Assembly: GCA_964016885.1 (NCBI GenBank)
Contig: OZ024740.1
Coordinates: forward strand, 98,084,001 to 98,148,000
Source: Eledone cirrhosa
Lineage: Eukaryota
DNA length: 64,000 nt
Direction of reading: 5' to 3'
Part shown: positions 27,176 to 40,392 of the stretch, one piece after another
Numbering within the stretch: position 1 is the stretch's first letter
Layout of the letters: each line of letters opens with the position of its first letter
Translations under genes and position numbers: made by a program
Notes under the pieces: model-generated
The model's database searches: none
Told to the model about the DNA's origin: nothing
Seen by the model: only the letters and a program-made list of their open reading frames with translations

Positions 27176-29451
27176 GTCGGTCCTGAGGTTTATCAGGCTT
27201 CTTCCACCTCTTAGTATCTCGAGGGTCTCGCTCAGACATAGTTTGTAGATGCCAGAGCCCCCTTTATCAGCTGGTACTTTCCTGATTATGGACCAGGCCA
27301 GAGAGTACGGGGTCCTGTCCAGCCTAATCTTCCAGATCAGTTCGGAGTCTATTGAAGGAATGGCGATGGCTATACCATCGGTCTTTAAAGCTCGTTGATG
27401 TTGGTCCTATGTAAAGATGTACAGAGTTGGGGTTTTTTACTCTACATCCGTATATTAGGTTCTTCCTAAGGCATTCATTACAAAGGGGGTATAATTCGCG
27501 GTTTCTGCAGTTGCAGAAGGTGGGCGACCTCTGCGTGCCTGGTGTGGGGTTCCCGTTATGTGTTATAAGGTGGTCTTCCCCCAGGCCCGGTGGGGGTTCC
27601 GTGGGTGTGTTCGGGTTTCTTGGGTGGGCACTGGGTCCACCCTTCTTTCGTTCAATATGGTTCTGCTGGGTGCTTATATTGCCAGCTTCTGGTTGTGTGT
27701 GGTTTTTAAGTCTACTCCTGTTGATGCTAGCTATATGTTGGGCCATATTTCTCATGGTAGAATACGAGAGCTTCACAGTGTGTCTGTTGAAGATCTTGTG
27801 GTATTTATGGTCCCTCGGGAATCATTTATCAAGTGCTCCAAAGAATGAGCGGGCCAAGCTGTTCTTTAGGGCCGCTGAGTAGGGTGGGTTGTACCACGTG
27901 ATTTTTCTGCGTCTACTCCTATGTGGGTGGGTTGAGCGCGCCGTGGGCTGTTGGGGAGTTGTTGGGTTGCTAGTGGTTCCCGCATTGTTGTTTCCCCTTT
28001 GGGTGCTATGTGTTTTGCTACCTTCTCGGCCCGAATCTGTGGGGTGGTTGTTGCCCGCGCTAGAAGTTCTAAGATGGGATCCCCTCCACGTGTCTTGCGG
28101 TTGGGGGCGTCGAGCCCGGGTGGTTAGCATCATCCCTGAGACCGCTACTCGTATTGGGTTTCCGTACTCGTCACCCTCGTCCATGTGGTAGTGTCGGGCT
28201 CATGGTGCTTAGTTGTTTCCATTCTGCCTGTATTGTTAGGGTTCACCCCCTCCCGGACAACGTGGGTGGGGGTGTCCGTTGGGCCATCCCCATCCCGGCG
28301 CCTCGGACTATATGATATATTTTGGCCATGTGCCGCTTTATTTAGAGCTGGGTTGTAATATTCTGCGTTGCTATCGAAGATTTCCTTATTTCCGGACAGG
28401 CTGGAGATCCTGTCCGAGACACTCTTCACCACGGCCTTGGTTATGGATCTAGGGTGGTTTGACTTGGCGTTAACATACACAAGTTTCTCATTGGGCTTGT
28501 GGTAGGGGTAGTATTGCTCGGTGTTCAGGTTTAGGGTGGTGTCTAGGAAGTTAACTACCTTTCTATTTGGGTCTCGTTCGATACTGAGCCCCTGGTTCTT
28601 AAAGAAATGGCGAATGCGCCTCTTTATTCTCTCCACCATAGTGGTGCTGTGGTCATAGACTGTGAAGAGGGCATCGTCACGATATAAACCGCCGCCCAGG
28701 TAGGGGATCTCATCTTTTATCTGCTTCAGCAGGAAGAGCCCAACCAGATCCGTTACCTGTGCGGAGTCGCTGGAGGCCATCGTGATGTCAAAGTTATTTG
28801 GCCAATCACTCCTGGTCCAAAGGTCTCCATCGAAACGGACTAAGGTCTTTCGTTCGTCGTGGATGATGCTCACCTCCTCTCGGGTTTGGTCCGTATTGGA
28901 CATCGCTAAAAATAGGGCCTTATTGAGTACTATGGGTGAGATTTAGGAGTAGTAGCCTGCGATATCCAGTTGGATAAAGCTGGTCCTACTTTTCCCAGGT
29001 AGTTTCTTAAACCATTCTATTACCTCTCCCGTGCATGACCATTGCTGTAATCTAGTTTTTTTTCCGAAGCTTGGGCAAAACCCTACCTAGTATGCTTTTA
29101 CTGACGATCGCTAGGTCTCATCTGGAGGGGGCTATTAGTCTAACAGGGAGGTCGGACTCATAGTTTGGCTTGTGATCTTTAATGGTAGTCCATGGCTCCC
29201 TTGGTTGGTATGTGGCCGTCCTGTCCTCTATGCCAAGTCCGGATATAATCCTGTGAGCTGTGGCATTGATCTCATCCAGGGTAAATCCAAGTGTTTTTTT
29301 TTGTAGCATTTCCTTAGTTCCCTGAGATTTAGCTTATTAATCAGTTCAATGTCCATGTTGTAGAGTTTGTTGGTTTTGTCTGCATGGACAAGTATTCCTG
29401 TTGTCTCTTTAAGTATTGTAATCCAGTTTCCCATTTATTTATTTGAGAAGG

Positions 29452-29660
29452 TGCATGACTTAGTTGCTAGAGAATTGGATTCACAATTGTGAGGTTGGAA
29501 GTTACTTTACTGAACTGGACAATGCATTATGTCCTTGAGTAAGACACTTTATTTCACATTGCTCTTCCTGCTAGGAGTTGTAAATGGTAGATACTATGAT
29601 CAATGTAAAGACCAATGGTGACATTGCTTCCGTTGTTTATTTGACAACCCCACTTAGTAA
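29452..29660 (+). mobile_element. Decayed SINE family 2
   Basis: atgtccttgagtaagacactttatttcacattgctc, and a tail similar to the 3208..3422 copy. Confidence 0.6.
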
Positions 29661-30099
29661 GTAAATGAGGTCTAGGATCTTGTTGATTGATAAGAATATA
29701 TATATAAAGGATAGGCATTAGCACATATTCCATTTGTTAAATTTCATAAACAAGGTAACAGTCAACCCAAGGCAATGGTTAAAGCCATTTTCCCAGAGTG
29801 CAACACAGTTTGATTGAAACTAAAACCATGTGATTGCAAAGCAAATTATTTAATCACTTAACAATGCTTGTGTTGCAAGTGTGACAACACAAACTAATTT
29901 AAACCCACATTTCATCTTGTCCTTGCTCAGATAGTGTTAATTTGCTTAGTAGCCTTTATAATACGCTTTTTATTTAAACAAGCTATTTCTGTGCAAGTGA
30001 ATATTAGCATATTTAATTCAGAAAACATAAAAAAGCTAACTAGCATTAAAAAGATGATAAATTAGCAGTCTTTACAGCTTAGGACAAGATAACTTGTAT

Positions 30100-30249
30100 T
30101 ATAGTAAAGAGTTACAGCTATTTATGGTCTGAGTTCAAATCCCACCGTGGTTAACTTTGCCTTTCATCCTTACGGGATCGATAAAATAAAGCACCAGTAA
30201 TACACTGGGATAATTGCTGGCCTTGTGCGAAAAGTAGAAACAATTATTT
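30100..30249 (+). mobile_element. 5'-truncated SINE family 1
   Basis: B box, core and tail match the other copies. Confidence 0.8.
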
Positions 30250-33200
30250 GTACTGGTTTGTTGCAAACTTAGTTCACTTCCTGCCAAGGTCGATTTTGTC
30301 ATTTATACTTGTAGTATGGATAAAATAAATCACAAGTTCAGGGATGTGGACTTGTGGAATTGTTAGAAAATTTGACCACACACCTTAGAGCTTTTCTTTT
30401 GTTTGTTTTTTTTCAGGCTCTTTAAGTTTTGGGTTTCTAAATGGTAGAGTCAATCTATCACTTAGTTTAACATCACCACTTGGTTCTTGGATGCCTTTAG
30501 CAGAATCCCCTCTGTTGTAATCCTTTTGGCCACATCTCTAGCTTGAGGATATCTACCACTTATTTACAAGACCTTCACACATTTAAAAACAAATTTAAAA
30601 TGTACTCATGTGGAAGATTCCACATAACTGGTTAATTTTCTGACATTCTTTCCTATGGTAAAACCAAATATTTATATTTGTGATCTTTCATATAAAGAAC
30701 CCACTAGAATGAGGTTGTATGATCTGCTTTTGAAGGAATATCATTAAACAATACTTTGATATGTAATTGCGATGTCAGAAGTCAACTTGAAAAGAGTTAA
30801 CCAAGGCTTCTTAAATAGCAATGAGACATGAATCAGGTTTACACTTTTCTTCAAAAGAATAGGAAACCAATCAATCATTACACTCGAAACATTGATAAAT
30901 ATAAATAGTAAACAAGAGGGAAAGGTTTCACTAATTACCCACTTCAACATCAATCTTCCTCAGCTATAAATGATAGCCAATCATATTTTATCATACAAAT
31001 TCTTTTGAATATGTTTTTCGGAAACAGCTGAAAATATCCAATATTTTTCTCAGAACATTTTACAGTATGATTAAATAGGTGCTATATCAATGGTGAAAGA
31101 CACATGGAGAAATTGAAATATACAATTTACTCAACTCGTTCAGAAACATGAATAAGAAATATAGATGTAACATTTAAAAAAAAGCAAAGAGAGAACAGTA
31201 ATTCTTGTTGGGATGAACAAACTGTATGATATTTATTATCTGAACAATTCATATTTTCTACACCAACTTAAGTACAAACTTATACATTTACTTCATTACA
31301 TTGGCAAATACAGAAAAGTAAGTCCTTCACATATGAGCTCATAATAAGACCAAGACAAAGTTTTCTCATATTACAGCTAAACTTATATAATTTTTATTTT
31401 CTGATAATATTTTTTACTATTTAGTTAATGTGTAAAAAGTACTGCACATAACCTTTTATATAGAAAGGATCTCTTAGATTATGATATGAATGGTGGATTG
31501 GCTTCTAAGCCAGAGTCATGACTAAAATGCTTGCAATGAAGTGAACTCTTCTAAAAGCATTACAGGACAAGGTGACGGTGATAAACAGGGTGACAGATTA
31601 CATTTATTACTCAGTAATTCAAAGCACAAAGAACCAGAAAATATACTGCAAAGCATCTTGTTTGATACTTTAGCAACTCTGCCAATCTATCGGATTGGAC
31701 TGATAATTTATTTTACCACTCCAAAAATGATGAAAGGCACATTTAACCATATCAAGATTTGAACTGTGCAGAGAGCTGGAACAAGCAACACAAATCAAAT
31801 TGTCCTATAACCTAAAGACCCTGCTAATTCACTGCCTTAACCCATATCTTTGAAACTCAATTAGTTTCACAACCCACTGGATTATTATAAATGTTGACTA
31901 ACTGGTGTAAACCTCAATTGAATATGTGTTCAGCTCTAGAAGTGTATTGTCATAAATGTTACTTCTAATAGACAATTGCATGTCAATGCTGTGTGAATAG
32001 ACTCTATAGTAATGTGACAATGTTAATTTTTACTGCTAATATATGGTATTGCATTGAGTGTGATTGATTAGTAAAATTACTAGAACATCAGAAACAAATG
32101 CCTTGCAATATTTAGTTCAAAATCTTTTTGTTCAGTTTAAATTCCACCAAGGCCAACTTTTCTTTTCGTCTTTCTTATGTTGATAAACTAAAATACCAGT
32201 CAGTCAAATACTGTGGTCAGTTTAATTGACTAATCCTTTGAGTCTATTTTAGAAAAGATTATATGGCATTGCATTGAATATAGAAGTGAATTGTGCAATT
32301 CCATATCTATTTGTAGGTAGGTGAACATGGTTGTTTCAGAGTTAAATGATTTGGCCAAAGATACAGTTGAATACCAGGGGTATGTTAGATCCTTTAACTA
32401 TATTTGTTTTCTAGCATTTCACTGATTTAACCAACTGAGAAAACTTTTGTACAGTTGCATATCCTGCTAAAAATAGGCACCAATAAAGAATCTTCATTAA
32501 AATATGTTCCAAATATCAGCAATTAAATAAGAAATATGGCTATGAAAGGGTTAAATTGGGGATTTAAAAAAATTGTTTACTGATTAAGCTCACCAAGTAC
32601 TTATCTTTTATAATACAGCTTCTATAGAATTATAAAATATGGCAAAAATTGTTATAGAAAAAGTAGAAATGTTATGAAAAATAATCAGGAAAATGATGTA
32701 TTGTAATTTATAAAAATGAAGATAAAGCAATATAAACAATGCTAACAGCAGCTGTAACAAGTGTAACATCAAAAACAACAACAATATTCATCGACAATCA
32801 GCTGCAGAAGAAAAACAATTTCAAATTTCATGATTTTGAACTATTTCCATTTCTGACAAATTTTGTTTCTTAATTTTAGGTAATCTCACTAGATTATAAG
32901 TGAGTGAAATAAGTTTGTGTGTTGAATGCCTTTCACAAAGGGATGATAATTATAAACACTTTGACATCAATGTAGTCTGGTTTCACACTGCCATCTTTAG
33001 TGTCTTTAATATAATCAACATTGTTGCAAGCATTTGAATCACCTCTCCAATGTAAAGATAAAGAATAACCTTTTCCCTTTTCCCTGTCACTCTTGGGGGT
33101 TGATGACAAGGGTCATGATCACCGCACTTTGTCCTCAAATTTCATATAAAAAACACTCAACAGCTACAAAATCAGATACAAAGACAAAAGCTGTCAAATA

Positions 33201-33733
33201 TCATGAATCTGATCATAGATATATCTTAGCAAATTAATTTCTTAATTTTGCACGAAGCAATTAATTTATTGTAGATGGAAGATGACCGAAAGCACTTATT
33301 TTAGTCACATAAAAACAAAAAGAAATTGAATTATTCCAACTGGTTGATGTGTCCAATCATCAATACTCTTGTAAATATGTCCACCCACATGTAGTAAGTA
33401 TCCTCTCAATATCATTATAACAATAGTTTCTAATTTCAAAATTTGTTAGCTGCATACTATCCTCATATAAGCCCACCTACTTCAACCACCTCTCCTTCCT
33501 TGAGACGATGAATAAACATCTTCTGCTCATTAGAGCTGCTAAGAATAGCAACTGAATCTCTGTTATATGATGGGATGGTCTCAGCTGTAATGCCTTAGAT
33601 CATATGTCTGCCTCATCAAGGTTACATAATAACAACATCAGCAGGGAAATCTCCCTTTTATCTTTCCCTCATCATCATCGTCAATTAATGTCTATCTCCC
33701 ATGCTAGCATGGGTTAGACGGAAATGATTAGAG

Positions 33734-33805
33734 TTCCCATGCCAGGAATCGAACCTGAGCCACCTGGCTGAAAGCCAGGAATCCTATCCACAAGACCACT
33801 AGTAT
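33734..33805 (-). pseudogene. tRNA-Glu(TTC)-like pseudogene joined to an RTE 3' tail (33669..33722)
   Basis: Minus strand: GTGGTCTTGTGGATAGGATT-CCTGG-CTTTCAG-CCAGG-TGGCTCAGGTTCGATTCCTGGCATGGGAA. Anticodon arm intact; 5' acceptor strand does not pair. Confidence 0.75.
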
Positions 33806-35057
33806 TTTAAAAAAGAAAAATATTTTAAATATTGAAACCCTCATTATACTATGTCTGAATAATACAAGATGATCAAAGTAAAAATATATTTGATACAATG
33901 GGATATCAAAATTTTGTAACAAGTTAATATTTTTATGTGTATTCTAGATATATTTTGTATGCAGAATCTAAATATGAAATGAAGTATTTTTCTATTAGGT
34001 TCTGTTTTGTTGTGAATTTTTGATATTTTCTATCAATTGCAGTTTCTCTATGTTTATTTTTTCCTCATTTAGTATAATCTCTCAATAAAAAACAATATAC
34101 ACTTTTACTATTTTCCCGGTTGCAGCAATTTGACTGTGGCTATGCTGGGACACAACCTTCAGAGAATTTAGTCAGTAGTATTAAATGTGCAGATAAATCC
34201 AAATATTGTTTATCACATAACAATATGTAGAAATCTGTAATAAAAATCCCATTTTTTATTTATTCTACATTAATTAATCATAACGACATAGAAAAACTCT
34301 AACATACATATTTGATCCAATATTAATTGCAGATAAAATAAGTTGATATGATGTATGTATGTTTATATGTAATGTGAGTGCATGCCTAACCGAATTATAA
34401 CTATCCTGTTAGAACATAATTATTTGTATTAGTGACACACCATTCTTAGGGTCTGAAATAATATATTTAGCACAAAGAATCTTGACATGATTCCAAAAAT
34501 TCTGGTAAGAGGAGAACAATTTAAGCTTTTAAATTCTTTTTATGACTTTTCATCACATGAATGAAATGTTCTTAGCATGAAAAATTGTTTTGGACATAAA
34601 ATTTTGATGTGAAGATGGCAAGTCACTGTATCAATCAAAAGGTGTAAATCCGGGCTACAATGTACCATTCACAGAGTTCCATGGACAAGGCAAATCCACT
34701 TTCTTAATGTGTCCAAAGGAAGAGTGAGTATAATCTATAAGTCAATCACATTGACCCCAGTACTTATTTTATTGTATAGTCTCATATTTTATTTCATCAG
34801 TCTGGAAATGCTAAATTAGAGGATGTTAACATAAATGCATGCATGCACACAAACACACACACACATACATACATGCATGCATACATACATATCAGACAGC
34901 TACTGTGCATTGCTCAAGAAATAAGTAAATAACTTCACTACCAGCTTTTTTAATCTTGTACATATTTACTGCAACTATATTAATAGACACATTTTTTTTG
35001 TTGTTTTCTATTTTCAAAACATAGCCAAAAAAAGATACATATATATATATATATTGT

Positions 35058-35312
35058 TATACTTTGGGAGGGCCATGTTGCCAATAAAAACACACACCTG
35101 TTTGTTTTCACTTCAATTTATTATAAATTTACGGTTGGTTGGTTGGTTGGTTCGATTGACAATATGCAAACAACATTCCGGTTATCGTACCAACCAACTG
35201 GAAATTTATAATAATTGAAGTGAAAACCAAGAGGTGCATGTGTTTTTATTGGCAACATGACTCTCCCAATGTATAAAAATATCTGTTTCAAAACAAATTC
35301 AAAAACGAATTA
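35058..35312. repeat. Imperfect inverted repeat (arms about 85 bp) plus short tail, between (TA)n tracts
   Basis: tatactttgggagggccatgttgccaataaaaacac... versus ...gtgtttttattggcaacatgactctcccaatgtata; similar single arm near 43735..43850. Confidence 0.75.
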
Positions 35313-36682
35313 TATATATATAAAAAATAAGGAAGAGAACATTTTCACAAATCAGTATTTTTAAATTAAGAAAGCAGAATGCATGTGGGTGAATGTGTAT
35401 AGAGGCATTTGTGCATTTGTACATGTCTGTGTACTTGCTATCTCATGGTATTCCAGGAAATAGAGATTGCTAAAATTAGTACTAGATACAATTAATTACT
35501 GAGATTACTACTCTTGTAGGCAGAATCCCAATATGACCACATACCAGTCACATGCTGATTGATTTTTGTGTTAATTTACTTTATTTATGAAATTGAATGA
35601 ACTGAACATCAGTAATAAATTAAAAGCTAAATAAAGAAAAAAATATGTGAAATGTATATTGTTTAATATATGTGTGGGAGTATGTGGGCATATGCATGTG
35701 TATGTGTATTCATGTGTGTATATATATATGAGTGAATGTATGAGAATGAGGCAGCTTATCTTTCTCTAATGTATCTAAGTATGATATAGAAACACAAGTT
35801 AACTATCAGACGTTGAGCATATGAACTAAAAAACCACACAACCATATTATATTGATTAACACAATTATATGTAAAAATGCTAATGACACAATTTTGGTTT
35901 TATTATATTTTATCTAAAATTAGTGAAGTTTATTTTTTCTAGGAGAAAATTCTCATAATTTTGGTAGGAAAACTTAAGAGCAGCAGACTGTGCAGGTTTA
36001 ATAATTTCATAATAGATCTGCTGTATGAGGGCTAAATTGCTGCTAAATAACCACTTCCAATCCTTCTAGTTCTTTAATCTATTTCACACCTTGCAAGCCC
36101 TATATTCTTGAACTATAGTACTCTGACATTCTTCTACACCACATTTTTCCCTGGAGGTATAAATCTGCAAAAATTGAAGCTGAATATTGGATGGATTCAA
36201 ATACAATTCAATTCACTTTTATGGGAGGGCTTGCAAAGTCCATATGCATTGCCTTCACAATGAACTTATTTTAATGAAATAGGAAAAAAGACACACAAAA
36301 ATACATTCACATCATCTATATTATATTTCCTTGAGGCATTTCTGGGATAAATGTAGTGAAAAATGGCAATATATTCAATATATTCCTCAAATATTCATAA
36401 TGAACTCAAAGACGAAAAACCTCCTTGACAACTTTATACATTACTGCATGCCATTTAATTGATCTGTCTTATAAAAAAATAGATTTATTGAACTTTTCAA
36501 TTAAAATAAGAATTTTTCTTTAAAAATTTTTGAGGAATACTGAACCAAATATTTCCATTTTTTTTAAATATGAATTGCCCATGTCTTAAATATTCTTAGC
36601 ATATCTTGCTTTGTTTCTTTTCGCTTTCACACTTTCGATATTATTTCCAGTATTTTTATCTATTTATCCTTCAGATTTTGGG

Positions 36683-36812
36683 GCTGCTGCTGCTGCTGCT
36701 GCTTCTTCTTCTTCTTCTTCTTCTTCTTCTTCTTCTTCTTCTTCTTCTTCTTCTTCTTCTTCTTCTTCTTCTTCTTCTTCTATTATTATTATTATTATTA
36801 TTATTGTTATTA
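36683..36812. repeat. Compound trinucleotide microsatellite (GCT)n(TCT)n(TAT)n
   Basis: Direct reading. Confidence 0.95.
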
Positions 36813-36814
36813 CT

Positions 36815-36913
36815 CTTTGAGTCTCAGTCATTGATGTTAGTTAACTGGAAAGTTTGTTGAAATGAATATCAAGCCACTACCTGCAGCCTCAGATATTCAG
36901 GACGTATCGGAGG

Positions 36914-36914
<1 letters not shown>
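36815..36914 (-). mobile_element. 3' terminal fragment of an R4/Dong-like LINE in (TTA)n; second copy at 50281..50353
   Basis: About 73 bp near-identical at both sites; minus strand reads LRYVLNI-stop, then a short UTR and (TAA)n. Confidence 0.55.
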
Positions 36915-36961
<47 letters not shown>

Positions 36962-36962
<1 letters not shown>

Positions 36963-37190
36963 TGGTGGTCAGGGTCACCATAGCTTTTTTTAATGGGCTT
37001 TCTCCACGATGGCCCTTGGAAGTCTCCCCCCTATTAGGAATTTTCCATTGTTCTTTTTTTTGTTACATCCTCTGTTTTTTTTGTTATTTTTACACGCAAA
37101 AATGCCCATTTGTAGCATCCTGTATTGTCCTGTACTGTCCTTAATGTCTACTTTCTGTAAACCCTTGTGGTTAATAAAGAAAGCATTATT
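36962..37190 (+). mobile_element. 3' UTR fragment of the Tx1-like LINE in (TTA)n
   Basis: Similar to 58500..58718, ending cccttgtggttaataaagaaagcattatt. Confidence 0.85.
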
Positions 37191-37835
37191 ATTATTATTT
37201 TATTTTTTTTATTCTCCTTCTTTTCCTTCTTATCGTCATTATTATTATTATTATAATTATTATGGATATTATAGCGGCTTTCCTTTTCCCATTGTTGATT
37301 TGACAGCAAGAATGATGAATGGATAGGAAATAAAGAAATATTAAAATCAAAAACAACATTGTATATCAAAAAAGAAGAAAAAATGTTGTTGCCTGTCGAT
37401 ATTGGGTGCTGTAATTGGCATTTATGTCTTTAGATGTTTTACATAACTCTGCAGGTACATTGTTTTGAACATATTGTCAGTTAATAATGATGCTTTAACT
37501 AAAAAGACGCAATCTCATGGAACAGAGCAATACCATACCACTCCAATAACTGTAACATGAACAGCCACAATGAAAGTAAAAAGAAAGAAAACTGCAGTAA
37601 TGACAAAACATATATATATTATCATCAGCATTATTTACGTCCGCTTTTACGGGCTTGCATGGGGCAGATGGGTCATTTCTAGCACAGCCATTTCCACTCA
37701 CGTTATTCCATCATCCTTTCCTCTATGAGGTCCAACATTTTGAGACCAGCTCTAGATATATATTTATCATGTATCATAATCAATATTTTCATATATTTTC
37801 CACATTAGCATGGGTTGCACATGTATATATAAACA

Positions 37836-38135
37836 TCATCATTTCATCATTTCCTTTTACGTCCATTTTTTCCCTGCTTGCAAGGGTGGAATGGGAACTG
37901 ATTCTGGCTTGATTTCTATAGCTGGATGCTTTTTGGCCGTGGCACCTCCATGAACACTTTGCAGTGGAATGATGTGGACCCCATTCCCTATCATCTCATT
38001 TATACAGCTGAGTAAACTGGAGCAATGTAAAATAAAGTGTCTTGCTCAAGAAAACAATACATTACCTGATCTGAGAATTGAACTCACAAACTTTCGATTG
38101 CAAGGCCAATGCTCTAAACACTAAGCCATGTGCCA
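37836..38135 (-). mobile_element. SINE family 2 with RTE tail
   Basis: Reverse complement of the 16183..16529 copy, with an internal deletion. Confidence 0.8.
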
Positions 38136-38139
38136 CCAT

Positions 38140-38228
<89 letters not shown>

Positions 38229-38335
38229 ATAATAATAAATTTGAAGACTAAAATCCAAAGAGGGCTCGATAAGGATAAATATATGTCAAATATATAAGAA
38301 CCGTAGACCAAATATTTATTAAAATAACAGATTAA

Positions 38336-38386
38336 AGTTTAAGCAAAAAATCGCTGCTTTCACCCTGAACGGGATCTTCTGAAACT
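38336..38386 (-). ncRNA. Hammerhead-like motif, CAGAAGA core variant (family C)
   Basis: Minus strand: AGTTT-CAGAAGA-tccc-gttca-gggt-GAAA-gca-gcgattttt-tgc-TT-AAACT. Confidence 0.6.
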
Positions 38387-38994
38387 AAAAAAAATCAATC
38401 TGTAAACGCAAAAGTAAATATTTCGAAAAATGTTGCAACTGAAGGAAGACAGGAAGACGATACTTTGGTTCGTGGAGACGTTTCCTGGCAAAGAACCGAA
38501 AAAAAAACGAAGATAATACATCATTATTTAGAGCGTAGAGAACAATTACAAAACCACGTTTATGGTATAAATGAAGTCGTAGACTAATATTCTATTAGGT
38601 GATTCGTGGACACGTTCCCTGGCAATCAACGGAAAACACGAAGATAATACGTCATTATGTGGAGCGTTGAGAACAATTACGCGCACAGACAAATCCACGT
38701 TTATGGTATAACTGAAGTCGTCGACTAAAATTCTATTTAGGAAACCGAACGATTCTCGACTTCAGAGTTAAGAAAATGTAAATAAATTACAGAGGTTATT
38801 GAGATCAACAATAATTAAATATATACATGCACGCATCCATATACGTACATACACATGCATACGCGAAAACACCCGCCATCGGTATGCAAATACATGAAAG
38901 TACACAAAAAACACGCGCACACATACAAAAACCCACGCAACGCCTGTACCCGCACACATACGAACGTATACACCAAATACACAAAACATATATA

Positions 38995-39030
<36 letters not shown>

Positions 39031-40092
39031 TTGTGCGCGCGCGTATACATATGATTATATAAACGTATATAAATATACACAACATAAATACGTATATAAG
39101 GCGCGCACACACATAACTATATGTAAAAAACACATATGTTCGCGAAACAACGTCAACCAGAACACAAAGTACACATATACACACACCGTACATACGTACA
39201 AACCCGCATACACACACAAACGCTAAACTCACGTATACATATAACCATATACACATGTACCAGTACATATAATGTAATATATACGCCTATAACAAGTACA
39301 AGCAAATATACGTACGAGAAAGTATACGTAACTTCACAAAACATACATGTAATATATACTTACCTATACAAATAAGTAATGGTATAAACATAAATTATAC
39401 TTAGCTACCACATCAAGACGTAAATTATCCGCGTTGGGGTATAATGCGGGGATGTAATACAGGAAAGTTTTGTGCAATTTATGTTTACAAGCCGAAATTG
39501 CCTCAGATTTTTTGTTTAAGATGTGGTCATTGGCGTGGTGGTTTGTACCGTGATGACGGTCTTTTGACCATGACAAAGTGCGGCCCACGCGCTGTTTTTT
39601 GTGTACGTGCCTGTATTTTCATACCCACGGCGGGTGTTTTCGCGTATGCATGCGTATGTACGTATATGGATGCGTGCATGTATATATTTAATTATGTTGA
39701 TCTAAATATCCTCTGTAATTTATTTACATTATTCCTATCTCTGAAGCCGAGAATCTTCGGTTTCCTAAATAGAATTTTAGTCGACGCCTTCTGTTATACC
39801 ATAAACGTGGTTTTGTCTTTGCGCGTAATTGTTCTCAACGCTCCACCTAATGACGTATTATCTTCGTGTTTTCCGTTCATTGCCAGGGAACGTCTCCACG
39901 AACCAACTAATAGAATATTAGTCTACGACTTCATTTATACCATAAACGTGGTTTTGTAATTGTTCTCAACGCTCCAAATAATGACGTATTATCTTTGTTT
40001 TTTCCACGAACCAAAGTACCGTCTTACTGTCTTCCTTCGGTTGCAACTTTTTTCGAAATATTTACTTCTGCGTTTACAGATTGAATTTTTTT

Positions 40093-40143
40093 AGTTTCAG
40101 AAGAGCCCTTTAAGGGTGAAAGCAGCGATTATTTGCTTAAACT
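40093..40143 (+). ncRNA. Hammerhead-like motif, CAGAAGA core variant (family C)
   Basis: AGTTT-CAGAAGA-gccc-tttaa-gggt-GAAA-gca-gcgattatt-tgc-TT-AAACT. Confidence 0.6.
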
Positions 40144-40392
40144 TTAATCTGTTATTTTAATATATATATATATATATATTTAATTTATTCGGTCCTCAAT
40201 GTTGCCATTGACTGACCAATGGTCAAAAATACAGATACAATATAGACACAAACACATATATGTAGTCTATCAAAGTTCTTTTGTACATATATATATATAA
40301 AAGACACAGAAGCGAAAAGCGAAAACCAGCCAAACAGTGAGTGTGTTCTGTTATTAATTCTGGCAGTATTACACAAATATGACCCTCCCCAA

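Larger units (their letters stand above)
25465..29440 (-). mobile_element. Penelope-like element (Naiad-like, family B), decayed RT plus GIY-YIG, long 3' UTR
   Basis: ORF pieces: ADKTNKLY; TIKDHKPNY..VRLIAP; FDITMASSDSAQVTDLVGLFLL..GGLYRDDAL..VNFLDTTLNL..SNHPRSI; KITWYNPPYS; CNCRNRELYPLCNEC..IYGC..LYIGPTSTSFKDRW. Frameshifts and stops present. Confidence 0.92.
38225..40160. mobile_element. Penelope-like family C inverted structure: two divergent 3' regions around GIY-YIG and RT scraps
   Basis: Left arm on minus, right arm (39600..40160) on plus. The centre encodes HILNKKSEAISACKH on minus and GGLYRDDGLL on plus. (TA)n on both sides; about 130-bp internal duplication in both arms. Confidence 0.8.

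Noticed and set aside
30940-30964. 25-nt minus-strand micro-exon candidate (LRKIDVEV)
   Set aside because: AG/GT-bounded short frames arise by chance; no supporting evidence.
36606-36860. Poly-Leu/Ser/Ile ORFs (also 55247..55532 and 59241..59725)
   Set aside because: Trinucleotide repeat translations.
39845-39905. ATGA-containing duplicated segment in the family C 3' UTR as a SECIS
   Set aside because: No correctly spaced apical AA or closing GA quartet could be folded by eye.
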